The position numbers and the translations under genes are program-made. Below, piece after piece: positions 26,098 to 30,713 of a stretch of 30,713 bases of DNA (positions are counted from its first letter, which is position 1; every line of letters begins with the position of its first letter). The notes below the pieces were generated by a model. The model searched no databases. It was not told the DNA's origin and saw only the letters and a program-made list of their open reading frames with translations. This DNA is from a virus. Its lineage: Duplodnaviria; Caudoviricetes. The stretch is taken from positions 1-30,713 of the IMG/VR virus record IMGVR_UViG_3300038976_000028, one strand, 5' to 3'.

Positions 26098-26147
26098 CGT
26101 CCCCCCAGGGTCGGGTCGGAGCAGGATCAGGGCAGGTCAGGGGTGCG

Positions 26148-26840
26148 TCACGACGCTTCCTCGCGTCGGCGGCGTCGCTCGTCCCAGGCGGCTTCCAGCG
26201 CCGGGCACAGGTCGGGTGGGATGCGGGAGCCGGCGGTCAGCGCGGCGAGCATGCGGTCGGCATCGTCGGGCTCCGACCGGTACGCCCGGAACTTCCCGCA
26301 GAAGGCGCACTGGCCGTAGTCGCCGTGGTTGAGGCCAGGGTCGGCGCAGAGGCACATTCGGTGGACGCGCTCGACCATCGAGCAGTCGTGGTGGAACAGG
26401 TTCGGCTCCCCCTGCCACCAGCGGCCCCGGGGTCCGTCCCACTGGTTCGACACGTTCACCGGGTCGCGCTTGCGATGCCGACCCCCGCACCAGGCGCAGC
26501 GGGTCAGCAGCCGACGGCGTAGCTCCTGGGCGGGATGGACCTGTAGGTGCCAGTGATGGATGTGCCAGCGCCACCCGTTCAGGAGCTTCGTCTGCCACTG
26601 CCCCGTGTCGTCCTGCCAGCGGCGGTAGTGCTTACAGACCTCGCCGCAGTCGCGGCCGCCGGGTTCCTGGTGCCAGACGGTTATGAACGACGGCCAGCGG
26701 AAGCCTCGGCCGGCCAGCGTGAAGGTCCGGCCGGCCGACCAGCGTGGTTGGTCGGGCTTGGCGTCGTAGAACCGATCACGACGCGGCCAGGGACGGCGCA
26801 TCTCGAACGCGACCACGTCCGGGTCATGCATTGGGCTCAC
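26148..26840 (-). CDS. Trp/Cys/His-rich hypothetical protein, ~230 aa (start 26840 or 26831)
   Basis: CAWC, CLC, CAFC and HIHHWH; long ORF in the operon direction. Confidence 0.75.
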   Translation of the reverse strand: MSPMHDPDVVAFEMRRPWPRRDRFYDAKPDQPRWSAGRTFTLAGRGFRWPSFITVWHQEPGGRDCGEVCKHYRRWQDDTGQWQTKLLNGWRWHIHHWHLQVHPAQELRRRLLTRCAWCGGRHRKRDPVNVSNQWDGPRGRWWQGEPNLFHHDCSMVERVHRMCLCADPGLNHGDYGQCAFCGKFRAYRSEPDDADRMLAALTAGSRIPPDLCPALEAAWDERRRRREEAS

Positions 26841-26988
26841 CCTCTCGGCACCACGGACGGTGCGGTGCGTTGATCGGTGGTTCGCACGGGCAGACCTGGA
26901 CGACCTCGGCGTCCGGGCAGCGCGACGGCCGCTGCGAGGTGGCCGGTCGAGCGGAGGGCGCGTCCAGCGCTCGCCACGGCTCGGTCAT
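26824..26988 (-). CDS. Hypothetical protein, 54 aa
   Basis: ATG at 26988 after GGAGG with ATGA overlap; CPC..H..WC. Confidence 0.55.
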   Translation of the reverse strand: MTEPWRALDAPSARPATSQRPSRCPDAEVVQVCPCEPPINAPHRPWCREGEPNA

Positions 26989-27158
26989 CGGAAGTCCTCC
27001 AGTTGCCGGGTCAGGTCGACCACGGCAACCGTTGCCAGGTCCACGTCGTGGTCGGTGGCCATGTGCGCGAGGAGTTCGGCGGTGGTGAGGTCGGTGGTGT
27101 GGCACAGGTGGCAGTGGGACTGCGGGCCGGCGTAGCCGCAGGAGCAGGAGTCGGTCAC
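26985..27158 (-). CDS. C2H2-type zinc-finger microprotein, 57 aa
   Basis: GTG at 27158; CHLC-x12-H-x4-H (CHLCHTTDLTTAELLAHMATDH). Confidence 0.65.
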   Translation of the reverse strand: MTDSCSCGYAGPQSHCHLCHTTDLTTAELLAHMATDHDVDLATVAVVDLTRQLEDFR

Positions 27159-27502
27159 GGCGCCTTCGCCGCCCGTTCGACAAGCAGCGGCGCAACCCTC
27201 CACAGCACTGTCTCCAGGTGCGTCTTGCTGAGCAGCATCTTGGCGTCCGTGCCCGACAGGCCCTCGGGTGGCAGGTCGGCGTACGCGCAGGCCACGGCCC
27301 ACGCCAGCCCCACCACGTCGGAGTCTGGGGCGACCAGCGGGAAGGACTGCGCAGTGGCCTCGGCGAGCACTTCGCGGACCATCGGGACGTGACACATGCC
27401 GGCTTCGTCGTCGCACTCGTAGTGCTCGCACGGACCCCAGCGTTTCCGGAGGGCGACCGCGATGGCCTGCACGTCCTGTTCGGTGATGCGCGGTTCGATC
27501 AT
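27155..27502 (-). CDS. Hypothetical protein, 115 aa
   Basis: GGAGGAG RBS; overlaps at both ends. Confidence 0.7.
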   Translation of the reverse strand: MIEPRITEQDVQAIAVALRKRWGPCEHYECDDEAGMCHVPMVREVLAEATAQSFPLVAPDSDVVGLAWAVACAYADLPPEGLSGTDAKMLLSKTHLETVLWRVAPLLVERAAKAP

Positions 27503-27771
27503 GCCCGCTCCTCCAGTTCTGCCCGCACCAACCGGTCGATCTCGGCGGCGATCAACGCTCCGGCCTTGGTCAGGTCACGGATGCGGTCGTCTCCCCGGCT
27601 GCGCGGGAGTTCGTCCCACGGCCACTCCATTGCCGAGGTCGCCTCGTCGGCGTAGAAGATCGCGGCGGCGATCAGTTCGCCGTTCTGGTGGTGACCGTCG
27701 TGTTCGACGGTCCAGCCCTCGACGTCGATCTGCCGCTGGCGTTCCTGGATGATCAGTTCAGCGCCGGTCAT
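27499..27771 (-). CDS. Conserved phage protein of unknown function, 90 aa
   Basis: ERQRQIDVEGW..HD..GEL..AA..YA..WPW..RDL.KAGALIAAEIDRL, a family I recognise from many phages. Confidence 0.8.
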   Translation of the reverse strand: MTGAELIIQERQRQIDVEGWTVEHDGHHQNGELIAAAIFYADEATSAMEWPWDELPRSRGDDRIRDLTKAGALIAAEIDRLVRAELEERA

Positions 27772-27798
27772 ACCGTCGTCTCCAGTTCTGCCCGCACC
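27511..27798. repeat. 19-bp perfect direct repeat pair (27511-27529, 27780-27798)
   Basis: CTCCAGTTCTGCCCGCACC occurs twice. Confidence 0.9.
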
Positions 27799-28217
27799 CT
27801 GGTCGGGGTGCGATGGACGGGATCGCCCGGCTTCAGCCGGTAGCAGACGCTGATCTGCCCCGTTTGCGTGGTGCTGTCGCCCCGGTACATGGCCTGGCAC
27901 CAGCCGTTCTCGGCGGGCAGGTACTCATGGGTGACCTGGAACAGCGCCTCGGTCAGCAGCACGTTCTCGGCGTGCAGCGCGACCACCATCGCCCGCAGCC
28001 GCTCGACCGCCGACCCGGGCTGAATCGCGAAGGACGGCAGGCTGGACAGCTCCTCGGTTGCCCAGTCGTTGAGTTCCGCATCCTGCTTCGCCTGCTCGGC
28101 CAGGATGCGGTCCAGCCGGCCGGCCTCGCGCGGCCCTGTGCCGGTCTCTGCCGTTCCCGGGGTGACAGGACCCGGGGAAGGGACGGCTGGGGGCGTGGGG
28201 GCAGGCTGGGGCGTCAC
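27768..28217 (-). CDS. Hypothetical protein, 149 aa
   Basis: GTG at 28217 (GTGA overlap); coiled-coil segment and H..C..C..H C-terminus. Confidence 0.7.
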   Translation of the reverse strand: MTPQPAPTPPAVPSPGPVTPGTAETGTGPREAGRLDRILAEQAKQDAELNDWATEELSSLPSFAIQPGSAVERLRAMVVALHAENVLLTEALFQVTHEYLPAENGWCQAMYRGDSTTQTGQISVCYRLKPGDPVHRTPTRVRAELETTV

Positions 28218-28457
28218 GCCGGTACCGCCGCTCCGATGTAGGTGTCCGCGCAGAGACCTGCCCACCGGATGATGTGGGCGAAGTTCGCCAGGCTCGGCGA
28301 CTCGCCGTACCGGGTCAGCCTGGACAGCACGATCGGGGGCACGCCCGCCTCCCGGGCGGCCTGCCGCAGGCTGACGTCGCGGCGCTCCATGACGGCGAGC
28401 ACGTCGTCGCCCAGCCGTCGCAGGTCGACCGGTGGCGCGGTCATGCCGGTACCGCCG
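28213..28457. repeat. 18-bp direct repeat pair with 1 mismatch (28213-28230, 28440-28457)
   Basis: GTCA(C/T)GCCGGTACCGCCG occurs twice. Confidence 0.85.
28214..28444 (-). CDS. XRE-family HTH protein, 76 aa
   Basis: ATG at 28444; SLRQAAREAGVPPIVLSRL..G.SPS. Confidence 0.8.
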   Translation of the reverse strand: MTAPPVDLRRLGDDVLAVMERRDVSLRQAAREAGVPPIVLSRLTRYGESPSLANFAHIIRWAGLCADTYIGAAVPA

Positions 28458-28782
28458 GCTTCTCCTGCCGCTCCCAGCAGTGATCCCGGTCGCAGTACCG
28501 AATCTGCGGACAACCCGCCGCCGCGTGCGGCGCGATCCGGCCGTTACAGCCGCAGTCCCGCCAAGCCTGCCAGTCGTGACCCAGCGCGGCGCAGTCCTCC
28601 CGGCTGGCGTGCACCGGGCAGACGACGGTGCCGTCCGGCTTCCACCGCCAGTCCTCGCACGCCTTCCGCGCCTCCGCCTCATCCGCGAACAGCGGCGTAA
28701 CGCCGCTGTCGCTGTCCTTCCAGTAGTCGCATTCGGGGTCCGCGTCGCAGACCACTTCCACCACTTGCTGCGGCTTGATCAC
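28441..28782 (-). CDS. Cys-rich hypothetical protein, 113 aa
   Basis: AGGAG RBS; CD..C, CPVH, GHDW, CGC and CDRDHC. Confidence 0.7.
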   Translation of the reverse strand: MIKPQQVVEVVCDADPECDYWKDSDSGVTPLFADEAEARKACEDWRWKPDGTVVCPVHASREDCAALGHDWQAWRDCGCNGRIAPHAAAGCPQIRYCDRDHCWERQEKPAVPA

Positions 28783-28973
28783 AGCCGGTCTCCTGTCGTC
28801 TCGATCGACACCACACGCCGCGACGGCGGCGCCTTAGGTCCGTCATCCCAGTCCAGGCCCGGGCCGTCGTCGTCCGGGCCGCACGCCGCCGAGTTGTCCT
28901 CCACGACCTCCACGTAGTCCGGGTCGAACCCGAGACCGGCCAACATCGCGCGGTCGTCGTCGTCCAGCGTCAT
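28779..28973 (-). CDS. Acidic hypothetical protein, 64 aa
   Basis: ATG at 28973; overlaps at both ends. Confidence 0.65.
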   Translation of the reverse strand: MTLDDDDRAMLAGLGFDPDYVEVVEDNSAACGPDDDGPGLDWDDGPKAPPSRRVVSIETTGDRL

Positions 28974-29182
28974 GACCTCTCCCTCGCCGCTTCCGCCGCC
29001 GCGCAGTACCGGCAGTCGGCCGGCACACACGACCCCTCCATGTGCGCCTGCTGCGCCGCCGTGCCACCCCACGCGTTGGACGGCGGCAGGGTCTGCCGGG
29101 CCACGAACCCCGGGTCGTCCACCGGGCCGCCTTTCGGCACCTCGAGCAGCGGCGGGGTCACGTACTCCGGTGTGCCGGTCAC
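28970..29182 (-). CDS. Hypothetical protein, 70 aa
   Basis: GTG at 29182 after AGGAG; H..C..CRYC. Confidence 0.6.
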   Translation of the reverse strand: MTGTPEYVTPPLLEVPKGGPVDDPGFVARQTLPPSNAWGGTAAQQAHMEGSCVPADCRYCAAAEAARERS

Positions 29183-29225
29183 GTCCGGCTCCTGTCCGGG
29201 TCGGCGGGAAGCCCGCGAGTGATCA

Positions 29226-30473
29226 TCACGGCTGGCCTCCCACCGCGCGGATGCCCATCTCGTCCCACACAGCGCGCCACGGCCATGCCGTGTCCCGCTC
29301 GAGCGCCGCCGGCCACGACCGCTCGTCACGGGAGCCGCGGAACCACTCCACGTGCATCAGCCGCTCCCGGACGTTGCGGTCCTTCCGCAGCGCCAGGCCG
29401 AACTCCGGCCATCGCGACCACAGCGCGCTGCCGAACGGCCGCAGGTCCCGCTGCCCCTGCTGCGCCAGTGGGGCGTGGTGCTCGAGCCACATCGTCAGGC
29501 CGTACCGCTCCCGCAGCCGGTCCAGCACCGCCCGCGCCTCGTCCGCGGTCTGCTCAGGGCCGTCGCCGTGACTGGCGAACGCCTTGTACAGCGGGCCCAG
29601 CACCAGCAGCGCCGGCCGGGTCTCGGCGATGACCCGCTCGAGCAGCCGGGCATCGCCAGGGCGGCGAATGTCCAGGCCGCCGGGCTTCGTCCACCGGAAC
29701 GCCCGCCCATCGGCCCAGATCCCCAGGTTCCGCGCCCGGTCCACCAGGTGCCGCGTCTTGCGGCGGACCAGCGCCGGCGGGTTCTCGAGATCGACGATCA
29801 GCGTCCGCTGCGGAGGGATGGGGGTGTCCGGCTCGAACGGGTGCCGGCCGGCCGCGGTCAGCACTGCCACCTGCCGGCCCAGCGTCGACTTTCCGGCGCC
29901 CTCCCCGGCGACCACGATCACCCGGTCCTGCCGTTCGAGCAGCCCGGGGATCACCCAGTCGTACTGGTCGTCGGTCTCGTCCACGAACGACTCGAGCGTC
30001 GACAGGCCAGCGACCGGCTGCTCCTCGGCGGGCGCGTCGACGGACACCTGCAGCTCGAGCAGCAACGTCGCCGCGTTGTCGAGCACCACGTCGATGTCGG
30101 ACTGCTCGGCGATCTGCGACAGCCGGACGCCGAGCGCGGCGATGCGCCGCCGCTGGGCGTACTCGCGGACCTTCCCGGCGTACCAGGGGGCGTTGCCGTA
30201 CGCCGGGCAGTCGGTGACCAAGTCGTGCAGCAGGCCGCCGCCGGCGAGCCGGGCCAGGTGCCCGACGCGGCGCAGCTCTTCGATCACCATCAGGTGGTCG
30301 GCGCCGGCTCCGTCCCGGTCGGCGACGGCGTGGATGGCGTTGAAGATCGTGGCGTGGCGCTGGTCGGCGAAGTCGTCCGCGGTCAGCGTGCCGACGGTCT
30401 CGACCGTGCGGGGCCGGATCAGCAGGGCGCCGAGCAGGGCACGCTCGGCCTCGAGCGCCGGGTCGGTGCTCAC
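29226..30473 (-). CDS. Replicative helicase: DnaB N-terminal domain plus RecA-like (AAA_25) ATPase, 415 aa
   Basis: EAERALLGALL..DF...HATIFNAI DnaB-N motif; Walker A GEGAGKST; EHHA and RPFGSALW; GTG at 30473. Confidence 0.9.
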   Translation of the reverse strand: MSTDPALEAERALLGALLIRPRTVETVGTLTADDFADQRHATIFNAIHAVADRDGAGADHLMVIEELRRVGHLARLAGGGLLHDLVTDCPAYGNAPWYAGKVREYAQRRRIAALGVRLSQIAEQSDIDVVLDNAATLLLELQVSVDAPAEEQPVAGLSTLESFVDETDDQYDWVIPGLLERQDRVIVVAGEGAGKSTLGRQVAVLTAAGRHPFEPDTPIPPQRTLIVDLENPPALVRRKTRHLVDRARNLGIWADGRAFRWTKPGGLDIRRPGDARLLERVIAETRPALLVLGPLYKAFASHGDGPEQTADEARAVLDRLRERYGLTMWLEHHAPLAQQGQRDLRPFGSALWSRWPEFGLALRKDRNVRERLMHVEWFRGSRDERSWPAALERDTAWPWRAVWDEMGIRAVGGQP

Positions 30474-30712
30474 ACGTCCCACCCCCCGGCGGACTCGACT
30501 GCCTGCGCCGGTCGGGTGGCGGCGGCAAGTCGCAGCAGTTCACGGCCGATGTCGTCCCAGCCGCGGGACCCGGCGGACCGGGCGGCGGCCTCGAGCCGGT
30601 CGGCGGGGTGGCCCTCGGCGAGCAGCGCCCGGGCCTGCTTGCCGACCCTGGCGACGAGGTTCCCGGCAGGCCGGCTGCCCTGAAGTGCCTTCGCGGCATC
30701 AACCCAGGCGCC
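30470..30712 (-). CDS. C-terminus of a probable replication initiator (5' truncated)
   Basis: Open frame GAWVDAAKALQG...VGKQARALLAEG...GWDV* with GTGA overlap into the helicase; function inferred from position only. Confidence 0.55.
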   Translation of the reverse strand, partial: GAWVDAAKALQGSRPAGNLVARVGKQARALLAEGHPADRLEAAARSAGSRGWDDIGRELLRLAAATRPAQAVESAGGWDV

Positions 30713-30713
30713 T

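Larger units (their letters stand above)
1..30713 (-). mobile_element. Actinobacterial siphovirus / prophage segment (replication, packaging, head, tail); both ends truncated
   Basis: Canonical order helicase-small genes-HNH-TerS-TerL-portal-protease/MCP-adaptor-tube-chaperone-TMP-minor tail; co-oriented coupled genes; very high GC. No att site or integrase in window, so phage vs prophage is unresolved. Confidence 0.97.

Noticed and set aside
1-30713. tRNA, rRNA, integrase/att, lysis or recognisable defence genes
   Set aside because: None seen; intergenic gaps are short and no motifs were found.

Overview
The whole window is a slice of a high-GC actinobacterial siphovirus or prophage (HK97-type head, long non-contractile tail). 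Almost all genes are on the minus strand and coupled by (A/G)TGA stop/start overlaps. Reading right to left: a DnaB-like helicase, about 18 small early genes (HTH and Cys/His-rich), one inverted lipoprotein moron, HNH, TerS, TerL, portal, a single protease-linker-major capsid ORF, an accessory block, head-tail adaptor, tail tube, frameshifted tail chaperone, tape measure, a CBM/LamG minor tail protein and a truncated C1q-like fibre. No integrase, lysis or host genes are visible. The most unusual part is the ~7.4 kb block between the capsid and adaptor genes. It starts with a GT4 glycosyltransferase-FkbM methyltransferase fusion, followed by duplicated Thr/Ala/Ser-rich beta proteins and a protein built of 20-aa Thr/Ala repeats. 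This is a candidate phage-encoded virion glycosylation (methyl-glycan coat or neck appendage) system. In the early region, two genes are precisely flanked by 18-19 bp direct repeats at their junctions. All product calls come from motifs and synteny only; no database searches were run.
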